Both the position numbers and the translations under genes were made by a program. The notes below the pieces were generated by a model, which was given only the letters and a program-made list of their open reading frames with translations, had not been told where the DNA came from and did not search any database. A stretch of 48,490 nucleotides of DNA, counting the filler, from Sphacelaria rigidula (Eukaryota): NCBI GenBank assembly GCA_964200075.2. It is 3 parts of 3 records of this genome, joined end to end, with 100 filler letters (N's around TTAATTAATTAA, not from the genome) between each part and the next. Parts side by side here need not be neighbours in the genome. Positions count along the whole stretch, not along the records: positions 1 to 16,106 come from CAXNAA020001486.1; 2 more parts are not named here. The stretch is one strand, 5' to 3'. How positions within the stretch are numbered: the first letter of the stretch is position 1; each line of letters opens with the position of its first letter. Below are positions 1-12,800 of this stretch, one piece after another.

Positions 1-592
1 GATCATCCCCACTGTGCGGAGTTGAGGTTCTTCCACTCCGCACAACATCATCTGGCTCGACTGCCATCATGCTTACCGTAAAAAAAACGCAAGCGCGCAA
101 AACCCCCCGGTAACCTGGTTGCCTAGCCTACGTAGTTAGTGGCGTGTTTTATAGCGTCATCGCCAACCGACGTCAACCCCATCGGGGGTCCGCCCCTACA
201 AAGCCGGGACGGAGCACGCCGGGTTCTCGCCGGACCACGGGGGGGGGGAGTTGGGAGTTTGATTCGAGGGATAAAGTTGACGTGCAATTGTTGCTGCTGT
301 CGTGTTTATATACCGCATCGTTGGTTGCCGCGCACGCTTCAGAAGGAGGTATTCCCGGTAGAAATGGGTGCGGTGGTATCTACTTCGGCCGTGGGTATGC
401 TACGGTACTATACTGTACAACTACGCGGGCACACGAGAAAGATGAGGCGCGGGTGAGATGTGGACAGAACATCACCACAAACGAGGCCATGATGGTTCCA
501 TGCGTGTTGGTATTCCAGGTGTATCCTCTCGGGCAAAGAGGGACCTGAATTTACATGACCGTTTTTTTTTTTTCCCTCGTCTGTGGTCTCAC

Positions 593-676
593 CTGTCGAA
601 GGCGCAGAAGAAGCGTGAGGACTGCGATGTAGGACTTCATCACCGTCCCAGCCGCAACGTATCCTTCGAATTCCAG
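593..676 (-). CDS. RAD5-like exon 14
   Basis: LEFEGYVAAGTVMKSYIAVLTLLLRLRQ; CAG acceptor and GTGAG donor; not present in the ORF track. Confidence 0.9.
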
Positions 677-3600
677 CTGCCGAAGGCAACAAGAGGCGTT
701 CCCAGGTTAAACACATTAAGGAACAAATCGGAAGGTCGCAGGCGAGGTATCGGCGGCAATCCGTGTCAGGTGTCGAATGAAAACGGAATAAAACAACAAT
801 ATTAGTGAGTATATTATCGCCCCGGTAGCTCAGTTGGTAACCTCGAAATTTCCTGACGGTTGGGTCTTGGGCTCAATTCTCGGAGCGATCTGGGATTTTT
901 TCTCACACAATGCCCAACAGTGGAGAGCGACAATGTCGTGGGTACACAAAATTCGACTGAACGGTCGACGAGGGAAGGGGATTGCTAAACCCCTCTCGCT
1001 ATAAAAAATAGAAGGCAAGCACCGCAGAAGGAAGGTGGGGTACTGAAGACAAATAAAAAAGAAAAAGCTCCTGTGTTGACCTTCCTCCCGTGTGACCCCG
1101 GTTGGTGCGCCCACATTTACCGAAAGGTGTCGACTGGCGCCCAGAATAGATGAGACAACAACACACTCACAGATATTGCAATCTTCGGGATGCCGTACAC
1201 CCAGGAGGATGACTAGTTGTGACCGGCTGCATACGAGGAGCTGCTAGCGATCGCGATACAGCGCTCGACTACCATGAATTCCATCGACAGGAGCGAAACA
1301 TTTCCCCTTTGCACCAAGTACGCAAAGCTTGGCTGTGCACGGGAGAGCCTCCGCTCTGGTATGATATGTCTGTCTGCAACACGCAACATCTTGCCAGCGT
1401 GACGACGCCGAAGACTGCAAGTGGATGTCGCGAGGACACGTCATTCTCGGCAAAATGGTATTCCATTCCCAACACACGTACTACAGTGACACCTGAGAAA
1501 GAACCAGACCTGAGAACGCTGCTTGAGCGCTTCGTAGAACTCGCGCTCCACCCCGGTGAACTCGAGGCGTACGATCTCAACTTCTTTTGGTGGGAGATCC
1601 ACTATAGGACGTCCGGCCGAGTCCAGAGTCCCCTGCAAACGTACGAAACGATATATTCATGTGTTGTTTAGCACAGCGTCATGAGAATATGGCTGATATC
1701 GTTCATCGATAGCTTCGGGCTCGACTCGATGCATCCTGCTTGCAAATCGAGAAGCATCACGATCGTTCTAGCTGTGGGGCTGCGGTACAGATGGGGTAGG
1801 GGTAAATGCACCAGTGCCAGGTAGAGGAGGAACGTCACTCTGAGCGTACCGCTCGATACATCCAACAAACTTGCCTTTGTCCTGCGGAGCATAATCGGAG
1901 CAAGCACGGCTTTCAGTCTCCGAATGGCTTCCATATCTCCCGCCTGCTTGGCATCATGTTCGGGACAGCAGGCAAGTGAATGGTGACAACATTAGGTGAG
2001 ATGAGCAGCACAGGTGGTGGGGGTGGCGAGCCGCACGAAATTACACTGAAACAGCTCAATACTGACGCGGTCAAGACCAGTAAGTTGTGGACGGAGACAG
2101 CAGCAGAGACATCGAAGAATTCTCAAGTGTAACGACCGCGTTTTCAATTCAATCACCAATATTTGCGACGCCGGACATTCGAACAGAAGAGGGTCACCTA
2201 AGGACAGCGACGTCGCTCTTGCCATCGTAACACGAGAAGATGACTCTCGCACACAGCCGTAGCCTGCTGGAGAAGGGCTATCGTTTCCCTGAAACGCTTT
2301 GCCGTCCCATCGCGTACGAGAAAAAAAGTACACTTACCCTGTACGGGTCTCCAATAACTCGTCGCCACCAACCGCGATCGCTCCAAGGCTCGTGCCTCAA
2401 GAAAGCCAGGAGCGCCGCCGCGTCATCGAGGCTGTTCTGTATTGGCGTACCCGTAACGGCCCATCTTCGACACGCTTCCAGCTGTAGACAAGCTCGCGAC
2501 TGAGCAAGATGATTGGGGAGGGTGGTGTTGAGGATACGGTGGAGTTCAGATGGGGCCGGGCAGCGGGCAAAGCAAGGTAAGCTGGGGATGTCGAGTCGCC
2601 CGGGTGACGGTAGTAAAAAAAACTCTCGTGACTGCGTACCGCAGGTGGCGTGCAGCTGAACCCTTTCCATGTTTTTACGTTTGAAAGATCTGACCATTTT
2701 ATTTTCTCATGTCGTCGACTTTGAGCTTTGAATACTTTTTCGAAGAGAAGGGGTTACTCTCCTGTTGATGAATACTTACTCTCAGTATGGGTTATTCACC
2801 CGCGAAAAAAAAATCAGCGCGCACACACACATGGAACACTTGAACAAACCGCGTGGCTTCTTTCCTTACTATGCACGAATTCTCGCACAACGCACGCAAC
2901 TTTGAGTCGCCACCGTTCGATTCATTGCCTCCGCAACGCACCTGATTGGTGTCAGTATTTCGAATGGAGTGCGCCTCGTCGAGGATAACTCTCCGCCACC
3001 GCACCCCTAGAAGCCCAGCGCTTGGTCGCCTCCTTTCCCCGAGGATCCGTCCGCCTGCCGTAATATATTTGGCGACAAGCAATACGAGGTGGTGGCACGA
3101 GAGCACGCTTTGGCTTTGTCTGTACTCCGGTAGCTCCAGTGCCTTGGGTGCTGCAAGCACCGACGGTGCTGCAGATGGTTGAACCAGGTCTGGTGATACG
3201 ATATCGGGACACTGTCACGCATACAACGACCATATAACTCTGCCGAGAAGGTCCGCTGCGGGTGAAAGCAGCGCAACAGACAAGATATCCGTCAACACGG
3301 AGACGAAGCAGTGATGGGCAAGCAACGAAGCGCATGGACACGTCATCACAGAAGAGTCGAGAGGCATGTCGCATGAGCAAGAACGCAATATGCTCTGGAA
3401 CGTTCGTCTCACTTTGTAGCGTTTCCGTCTGTCTCGAGACAAACTCTACATCCCAAACTCACCTCCAAGCGAGCTGCTGCCAGTGCCCGCGGCCGCCTGG
3501 TTATCAGCCTCGTTCTTCGCCATCTCGCTGCACAACGTGCCGTAAGTGGTGAGGACTACGTCGAACCTACACAGGTCTCGGATGGACCTGAACAATGTTC

Positions 3601-3752
3601 GATCCCCGAGCAGCAGGAAGCGTGTGTAGATGCAGAGTTTTGTTGTGAGCATGACCGTCACCAACGAGGGGAATTTTTCACATCGACGGCAGCAGCACAT
3701 GGATCCATCAGGTTAAATCAGGTTGATCTTCACAACAGTTGCAACGGTCTCG

Positions 3753-3830
<78 letters not shown>

Positions 3831-6800
3831 AAGGGGCAGCACGACCAGGCAAAGACGTACACTCAAGGCGTCCCGCAGGCTAACAACAACAAACCCAGCC
3901 TGGCTCACCGTTCAAACGATAGTCCCCCGCTAGGGGCTAGGGCTGCAACTACCTTCCCCTCGCTCCCGGTGGTACTACAGCAAACAAATTACAAAGAGTA
4001 AAACACATCCAATATTTCATGTAAAGCTCTCCCAAACAGCGAACGCGCGCATGCACAGCAAAGCAGGCTAAGCATTTCCCGCAACACAGCCAACAAAGCA
4101 TCGCACCTGCTCTTTGTTGTACCGTAGAAGAACGATACCGTCAAAGCGCCCTTTCTCGTCTTACTCTCCAACTCCCCGCGCCACTGACCTATCAGCGACA
4201 AGGGACACACCACCAACGTGCCGCCCTCCACTATGCCTCCTCTCCGCTCCCCTTCCTCATTCCCCATGCCCGCGCCGCCCGCCTGACACAGCACAACCTC
4301 AACGTCCTCCTCTTTGCCCTGCGTCGCGTGAGCCTTTTTCTTCATTCCCCCCGTCCACAGACGCTTAGCGCCGACAGCGTAAGGATCCGCAAGGAGTGCT
4401 GAGGGATCGGAACCTGCTTTCCCACCACCCCAGCGTCCGCCTTTACTGTTGGCTTGGCTACTGGCGGAAGATTGTCTTACCCCCCGGGCACGTTTTCTGT
4501 TTTTGTTCTTTTTGTTGTTTGCGTTGCCGACCCAGATATCCCGCGCGGTACCCCCTCGCTTGCTTGGTTCGAAGTCTTCGTCCTCCTCCTCATTGCCGGC
4601 GTCATCACTGCTTTGGTCACGTTCCTCCTGCATTACAGAAGGGGGGATGCCACCAGGCAGATGAGGTGGCAGAGAGCCGGACGGGTGGTTTCAAGATCAC
4701 CTCTGTGGGAAAACGATATATTGCTCACCCTGATGTTAGAAGGCGTAATTTTTTTGTGAACGAAGGGGAGCTGGACGTTGCGCTGTCATTCATGCCGATG
4801 GCGAACCTCACCAGCAAACCGATCTCACACGTCAACAGTAGCGAAGAGACTACCGGGTAAGACTACACAGATGGAGGTAACCAAATGGCATATCAGACGG
4901 CATATCGATTCCTTCAGCGGAGTTGGGGTATTGTTGCTTGTGCGCCACCAAGTTTTTGCGTTTTCTCTAACCACTCCAGCGGAGGTGGTGCCTTATTACT
5001 TTCACGCCACAGTTTTTCCCGTTTTGCCCCTGAACTGTGGTCAAGCGGGCGACAACAGTGCGGAAACCACAATGCCGCAGTAATTGGTTACGAGCACACA
5101 AAATACGATCTGGTAAAATCGCATCGACAACACAATCGTACAGCAGCATCGCTTCCGGGAACCTATTTCGCACACTCTCTCCAGCGTTGACGTACGGGAA
5201 AAGTAGTGATTCTCACTACCCCCCCCGAGAAGAAACGCACCTCACTTCCCAAGGACTCGGGCGTGTAATCGCTCTCGCTGGTTTCACTGGTGTCATCGGC
5301 CTCTTCTTGGTCTCCATCACCGTCGACACGACCATCACCGTCGACACGACCCGTGCCGTTGGCATTGGCACCCGTACTCTGTGCGTCGTGGGGACATGGC
5401 TCCCGAGTGCCCCTCGCGGCGGCCGCTTCCGATCGCGTCCGTCTTCGCTTCGCGGGTACCGCTTCGTTGTTCGATGGAACCGGTTCGCGTGTTGGCGCTC
5501 GTCGTTTTATTTGGCTTCCTCGTTCGCTTGAGCGGCTGGGGGCCTTGCCCTTTGCGCCTGCGGCGGTCAGGCACGGTCTTCCCGGGATTGCGATTTCCTG
5601 CTGCTGCTGTTTGTGGTTCTCCGAAGGATGCGGTGAAGACGCGGGTGAAGGGCAGTCGCCGTTGTCTGCATCGAGCAGGCTGGGATCAGGTATTTTGTCT
5701 CCCTCTTTTTTCATACATCTCTCTGCCGTCGGTTGAACGGTCTCCTCTTGTGTTGTCGATTGAATGAGTACTCCTTCCCCTTCCCCCTCCTGTTGGTGCT
5801 GGTACTCATGCCTTTCTTGTTGCTGCTGCTCCTTATCGGCGAGAATAAGCGACAGCAGCATTACCGTCTGTTCGCAATACGGAGCAAGCACGGCGAACAC
5901 CCCCCGGTCCCGCTCGTGAGATACAATGCAGGACATTCGATGATGTTTCCCGGTGGCGAAGGAGGCTTACAGACAGGAACATTTGACAAGCCAGCCCGTC
6001 GCGCTGCAGGAGGAAGGAGGTGCATCTGCTATACAATCGACTCGCCGAGGCAATCGATAGAGACGAAAACAATCGACTGCGGGACAGTTTCCGCCAACGC
6101 TGACGTAGAATCCAGTGAGAGCCGCCAAACAACAATTAATACGGGTGAACGAGGCGCGGACCAAGCACCTCCCAAGCAACTAAAGCAGCGATTGCATCGG
6201 TATCGGATACAACCCTACTTCACGAGCGATCGAAATCTGCCTCACACTCTCCAGGTTCCTAGGTCCTCCAAATCATACCCTCACCTTGCCCATTCCCATC
6301 TCGTCCGCGAGAATACCCCCCCGACACCCGAGAGAGGCCGGTGGAAACTCTTGCTGAAACTGCCTTGAGTACACGTTCACAAAGAACGGCGTAGGGCGCA
6401 ACAAGCGCCTCCTTCCAGCAACGTCGCCTCCAGGCCTCTGCTCATCGGAAGCGGCCAAAAACAGCGAGGGCGCGGGCGGCGCTGCCTTTTCCGACAGCGG
6501 CCGGGTCATGCAAGCTGCCGCCCGTCGCTCCCAGAGGGGGTGAATAACGGCTTTGTCGCTTCCGCCGCTATCTCCCTGAGCGGAGTTCCAGGACGTCACG
6601 TGCACCACACCATCCTTGACACTCACCGCCTCTTTGGTTTCGACATCTTCTGTACCGGTTGACCCGTGACCAGAGTCAGAAGACCCCCCTTGCATGACCC
6701 CGTTCTTATGGTCGGGTAACAAGGACAACCCGGTACAGTCTTCCTCGGTGACGTAGCGCCGACGCTCCCTCTGTATCATCCACGCGAGAGCCTGTCTCTG

Positions 6801-9800
6801 ATATCGCCGGAGATTGAGGCCTTCCACGAACAACCGCGGGTCAGGGCACTCGGGCATGCTGCACATTTGCGCTTCGTCATCGTACAGCTGTTTCACGTCC
6901 TCGTCCCTCACTTCCTTCTCTCCTTCGTCGGCATCTGGGTCCACCTCCACCTCTGCCTCCACCTCCGCCGAAGCACCCAACAAGCTGGCACCATCAACGT
7001 TTCTTCCCGGGGCACCCGGCGCAGCGAGTTTCTTCGAAGTCTGTCCGGCCTCAGCGCTACCCTTAGTCATGTTTTTCTCGGCTTCCGCCTCGCTCGGGCT
7101 TTTGGTTTGGCCTTGGCTAGGAATTTGCTGCGTCGAGGATCTCTGATGTTTTTGTTCAATGTGGCCTGAGCGAAAGCAAAAGGCATGAACGGTTGCGGCG
7201 GGGCAATACGTCAAGGCTAGGCGAGAAGCCTCGGCTATTAGTGGAGTGAATAGACAACGAATAATCCTTGTGACCACGGCTGGGTCCATCAGACATCGGT
7301 TGATGTGCGACAATCAATCGAATCAATCAGCGCGACAGTCAGTATTCCACTTTGTACGTTTAATGTGGATGTGGAGATGTTTTTGCCTTGTGTGCCCACA
7401 TGCTCTCTCCACAGCTTGACCACCGCGCAGCGGACTAAATGCATCTCGTGTGTTTTACCACGCCACGTTGCCGACAAAGATAACGCACACCTGTGTGGAC
7501 GAATTGCAACAGGCTGTAGGCGCTTTCGTATAGCTCTTCGTCCTTGACTATGAAATCGGTTCAAGAGATGAGGGTGCAAACGGGCAAGCAGATCGCACGG
7601 CGGCCGACACGGTGAGACGACAGGGGAGATTCAAGATGAGGTTGGCGCTCACGCTCGGCATTCGCACACGGGGTGGGGCAACACAAGCGTTCAGTGCGAG
7701 ACGTCGGCTGTCGTGCAGCCTGGCGCTCACCGAACGGTGCCACTGTTTTTGTCGCCCCATCATAGGCTCACCACAGACTACATTCGACCAGGCGTGGGAA
7801 TACCAGGATCCAGATCATGACAAAATGGTATGGGTCGCAGATCGTGTGTCCAGAATCAAAATGAGAGTCCCCTACCGAATGCACATGCTGGCACGTCATC
7901 TCTACTTCAAGGAAATGGGTGCAGCAGAGACCGACCGCCAAAGCTTCACATCTTTCTCGAATGTCACGCATCAGTCACTTCGCCTCTCACCGGGTTCCAA
8001 GTCAAACAAGCCTTCGTAAATTTCAATCGATAGCAGCAGGGGCACCTCGGCGAAGTGCCCAAGCCCAGGCAGCTCGCACACGGTTTCCGCCTCAGCCCGT
8101 ACCAGGCCCGCGTGCAGCAGTGGTGCGAGGAAGGTGCACACCTAACACACGTACAGAAAGTATATACAGATGGAACCAATGGTCACTTCGCAGCTGACAG
8201 ACGAAGGACGCCGTACGACTTCGTACGTGTGAGGGTTTGCAGCACCGGCATTGTCTTCTCTTCAGCTTGTAGTTCACGTGTTGCTCAGCGGGGGCACTTT
8301 TACCCGACAATGTTTGCCGTGAGCCATCAAGTTTCGAGAACAGCACTCGAGAGCTGTTCGGCTCTTTCTGGAAAACCGCCTTTGTAAACACAGGATGGCA
8401 AGAAATTATCAACGCTTGTTAAAGCTCTTCAACTGAAGTAGTGTGCACCAAAGCGACCTCCGTGCACACCAAAATTCCCTTGCTTATCCGGTTCATACGC
8501 GCCAATCGCTAGACACAGCGGCACTGCTATGCGCACGACACCCACCTCGCGGGGAAGTCTTCCCTCGACGCCACCCAAAGTCCCCCGAAACGAGATTTGA
8601 GACATTGCCTTCGCGGAGGATACCTTCGGACGCCCAAACTGCCTGCCGGTGCTAGACGCCGAGGTTCCCGAGCCCCGTCCACGCTTACTCTGGTTCGCGG
8701 CTGCTGCTGCTTTCCCCTTCTTGGAATTCGCACCGCCTATACCGGCGGACGAGTGCACGATTGAAACAGGTTCCCGGTACGCCATGCTGCCACGGCCAAT
8801 GCTGTGCCTGCCGTATTTTATGCAAGGTAAGGTGTTGCGATGCCAATGGATTCAGCGGCCACGCGAGCGGGGAGATGAGATTGCTGGGCTCATGGGTTTG
8901 CGCCCGCACAGGATGGCTCTGGTTACGAGTTTGTGAGTCTTGGTCGGGCCGTCTGGTGACGCGGAAACGCTCCCAACGCGCCTGCCCTTTGACACAAACA
9001 CGGCTGAGAAAAATGCCGTAATATGGGGCTTGATATCACGAGTATCCTCACCCTGTCACCCATCGCTCGCCCACGAACTTGGGCCATTCTGCGACCTGTT
9101 GTGACTGCTGCAGCTGCCCGCGCTGCGTTTTTGTTGCACCCACCCTGTCCGTTGCGAGGAGACCAGCAACGTCGCGACTTTCTTCGTTTTTCGAAGAACT
9201 TGAGGTGGACATTGTATTATTTCCATATTTTTTTGCGCTTGGCGCAAGGGAGGATGTCGGCGCTGTTGGGGTGGGTTCGTCAGGCGGTGGTGAGGACGGG
9301 GACGGCAGTCCCGGCACATTTGCCTCAAAATAGCTGTGGGAGGACATACAAGTACGTGCGAGAAGAAGGGAAGAAAGGGGACGGGGACGGGGGACGTGAG
9401 GGGGGTTGTTGTGGGAAGCTGAACCAAGTACAAGGTTGTCGGCGACTTTCGCGGCCACGCTCATCGAAGATGCTTGATAAATGCATGAAAGTAAACCGTT
9501 CTTCGTCCAATCCTTAGAACAGGATATAACTGGAGCCACAGCCTGCCGAGTCACGGAGGCCTCCTCTGCTTGTTGCAAATTCACTGAACCGGACCTTCAA
9601 CACACGTAAGGATGCCAATGCTGGTTATACCGCGGGGCACTTCCAAAGTCTCGCTGGTCCAATTATGATGTAAATCGAGAGAAAGGAATGAAATCCGACT
9701 GGATATTTGGTGGAGACGCCGAACCCGAGGTACCTTTTGCGACACTGATACTGAGTAATCACCAACGTATACCCGACATTGCTATTTTGGGGGTGTTCAT

Positions 9801-12800
9801 GGCTTACCTCCCACGGATAGGGGTAACTCAAAATGAATACAAAGATTCTCGCGCCGAGCGCGATTATGGCCGAGAGTCTAAACTCGGCACCCTGCAAAAA
9901 TTGAGGGTCCATTCAGAATCAGGGGAAGAACTAAAACATGGGACATATCCTGCTTCACTGTGCTGCAGCACAAACACACTCATGCCCTCTTTAATGTGCT
10001 CTAGCTGTCACTGCGCTGTGGTGCGTTCAGACCTTTGCGAAGACGATTTGGTCTCCGCTGGGACTGCCTGTGTTGCTTCATTGTCATTGTGTTCGTCTCT
10101 ATAGAGAATGATCATTTTAGCCGGCACGCAGTGCTGCGTACACACTGTTGAAAAAAAATTCAGTGTGCGTTGGCTGTTTCGTCTTCCGTCAAACGAGCAA
10201 GGCACTTGACACAAGCATCATTTCTATGCTGTAGTTGTCGCTGTGCTGTTGTGCATTCAAACACTCTACGAACACGGTGTGATATGCGCTGGAGAGTGCC
10301 TGAACAGCTCTCCTGCTGCCGTGTTTCGGTCTGTGCAGAAATGGGGTGGAACCAAAGTGCTGCCTATACATTACAGAGTTGAAAAAACACGTGATGGCTG
10401 CAGCTGTTTGTTGTGTCTACATCGGTACTTGAGCTGTAGTCGGGTATCGGGGAAGACACGCAAGGCGAGTGCGTGCAGGTTGGGGCAAACAAACTGAGCC
10501 AGCACGGACTGCTTTATCCTCTTTGCACAAATGTGCTATGAATCATTACGTAAGTTTCATCGACGAGGTTTTTCTACTCCTTGATTTTTTTCCCCGTTTT
10601 TTGGGGGTCCGACGGAATCCAAGTCGTTTTTTCCAAGTCGTCCATTATGGGACCCCGGAATACTGACACTACGATTTTTTTTCATGTTTTTCGCACACGA
10701 CCTGTCACCGCAAAACCCAAGGAAGAGCCCCACAGAATTTCGTGGCCAACCACGGTAAACTGATGCTTGAATTTGCATCTTCACGTAAAAAATGGCCCAA
10801 AAGACGCTATTTTCATACTAGAACCTAGAACTTCGCGGTTTCACCGTGCCACGGCAAGGTTCATCGCACAAACGCGAAAAACTTCACGCCGATTCAAGGA
10901 GTTAGACCCTGAAATTTTGAAGAGGTGTTCTATGGGTAATTGTGCAACTTTGGGTGGCCGAGGGTTTTCGTTTTTGTTCGTTTTTGCCGTTTTCCGGGGG
11001 TCCGAATGGATCGATTTTCCCCGAAAACACTGTGCCCTTCGAAAAAGGGTAAACAAGTCAAGAAGTAAGAAAAACTCGACCTTGAAAAGTTGCGTAATGA
11101 CCCATGAAACACCTATGCTAAATTTCAGCGCTCAATAACTCCTTAACCCTTTTGGGACTGGGCCTCCAGAACGACCAATGAGGCTGGTTAGGAATGACGT
11201 GTCCTGCATATGCATGAAACAGTGGCTTCATGTTGCTAAAAACCAACGTATGTATGTAACGGCAGGGTTGGAGGAAGACCGAAAGTTTCATCCAATCTAT
11301 TTTCAGGTGCAAGTACCAACTGTCTGTACTATAATTCGGGTGATGTGCGCATCAGGTGATGCACAGATGTATCAAGCAGTATGAGTCGCGGTGGAGAGCT
11401 TTCAACAGGATATGGCACCTCGCCACACAGCCCTTTGTGGTCGGGGTGGGCCGCGATTTCCCTCTTTGTTGCAAGCGGCAAATTCTCTTCGAACGGCATG
11501 GGCGTTGCGCCGCAGATACAGTACAGTGCAGCACGCCTTTCCGAATGCAGCAGCAGCTGCCGCTGCATAAATACTCCCTCACATGTTCTGGGCAGTTCTC
11601 CGCGACGGAGATCAGGTGCCTATACACTGCAAGTTCGTTACCATCGATTACATACGACCTCACCCCTGCTTGTACCGCTTCGACAAAGGGATACGCAATA
11701 CTCATGCCTCTAGCTCCGTCTCTCGTCTCACATCGTTGCCAGATTCAGTCGCCTTGTTAACATGACCACATATATAGTAGGGTGCATTTATTCCCGAATT
11801 TTCCCCGAGCACTGCGTGTTGGTGTTATCAACTAGGGTTTACTATAGGATGGTGACTCCAAAAAATCGGGGGATGAGAGGTCGGGCCTACATTAAATGCA
11901 AGTAAATGATGAACAAATTGGGAGTCCGAGCCGCGACAACTTGGGGTTTCTTTTGCTTCGAAGGCTTTTTTATGGGCCAGGGACAGGGTACACCAGCTTT
12001 GCAGTGACATCACTCCCGGCGACAGCCCCCCCCCACTGGTCGTTCTGATGTGGTCGATAAATTTCGCCTCGCCCTGATTGGACAGGTCGCTCCCAGACCT
12101 GTTTATTATTATTTTACTACACATGGTGCAGTGTTGCGCCGAAAGAAAAAAAAAGTCAAATGTGCGCCGATTTTCCCATACAGGAGTCATTGTATAAATT
12201 ACCAGCTTGGATCATCCGCAAAGTAGATGTACTTCACACGAGCGAGGTGCCCCAGAGGGACGGCCTACAGCGCAACCCACGGCATATCTGAAGAGCTATG
12301 TTCAAGGCTGGATCGTCGGCACAAGTTGCAGGCCGAGAACGTGATCATAGCCCGCGTTCAGTGGTGTGCATGGTGTTACTCGGTATGGGTGCCTTGCGGG
12401 TCCCATTGTACGACGATGGGTGGGGATCACGCTTGGTGTTTCAGCGCACCACCGCGCCCAGGGCGTAGTATATGGAGTGGACAATCCGCTTGAAAAAGAA
12501 GCATCTCACTTGCTTTTGTCGCACTGGAGAACGGCACAACCGTTTGCATGCATGTCTGGCGGCGCAGCTGATGGGTTTGAAATTTGAAAACTCCTTCATG
12601 ACCACTATATGAAGTGCAGTATAATACGCTGATGCAATGTACGGTCTACAGACAGTATACCCGTACCGTAATACTACGTAACCGCATGTGATATGCGGCG
12701 TAATCAGGGCGTAGCCGTATCTCGATATTTATTTGAGTACTTTCCTACGGTGAACCACCATTTTTCAGTGCAACTTGAGTTGTGGATTTCTCGCCTGTGA

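Noticed and set aside
13-44. 10-bp stem hairpin TGTGCGGAGT...ACTCCGCACA
   Set aside because: Isolated at the window edge with no context to assign a function.
819-890. Functional tRNA gene
   Set aside because: Acceptor and T stems do not pair, the B-box is degenerate, and it continues into a SINE-like body and tail.
1171-1226. Extra RAD5 exon (CAG...GTGAGT on the minus strand)
   Set aside because: 56 nt would shift the frame; exons 13 and 14 join directly with the expected family sequence.
3708-4001. HT/CV-repeat ORFs and most other short ORFs in the track
   Set aside because: Products of microsatellites, antisense shadows of real exons, or chance frames in GC-rich repeats.
7768-7971. ORF ending at a GTGAG donor as a RAD5 exon
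   Set aside because: No family resemblance, lies in GATC-rich repeat-like sequence, and the 57-nt exon 7491-7547 already closes the phase.
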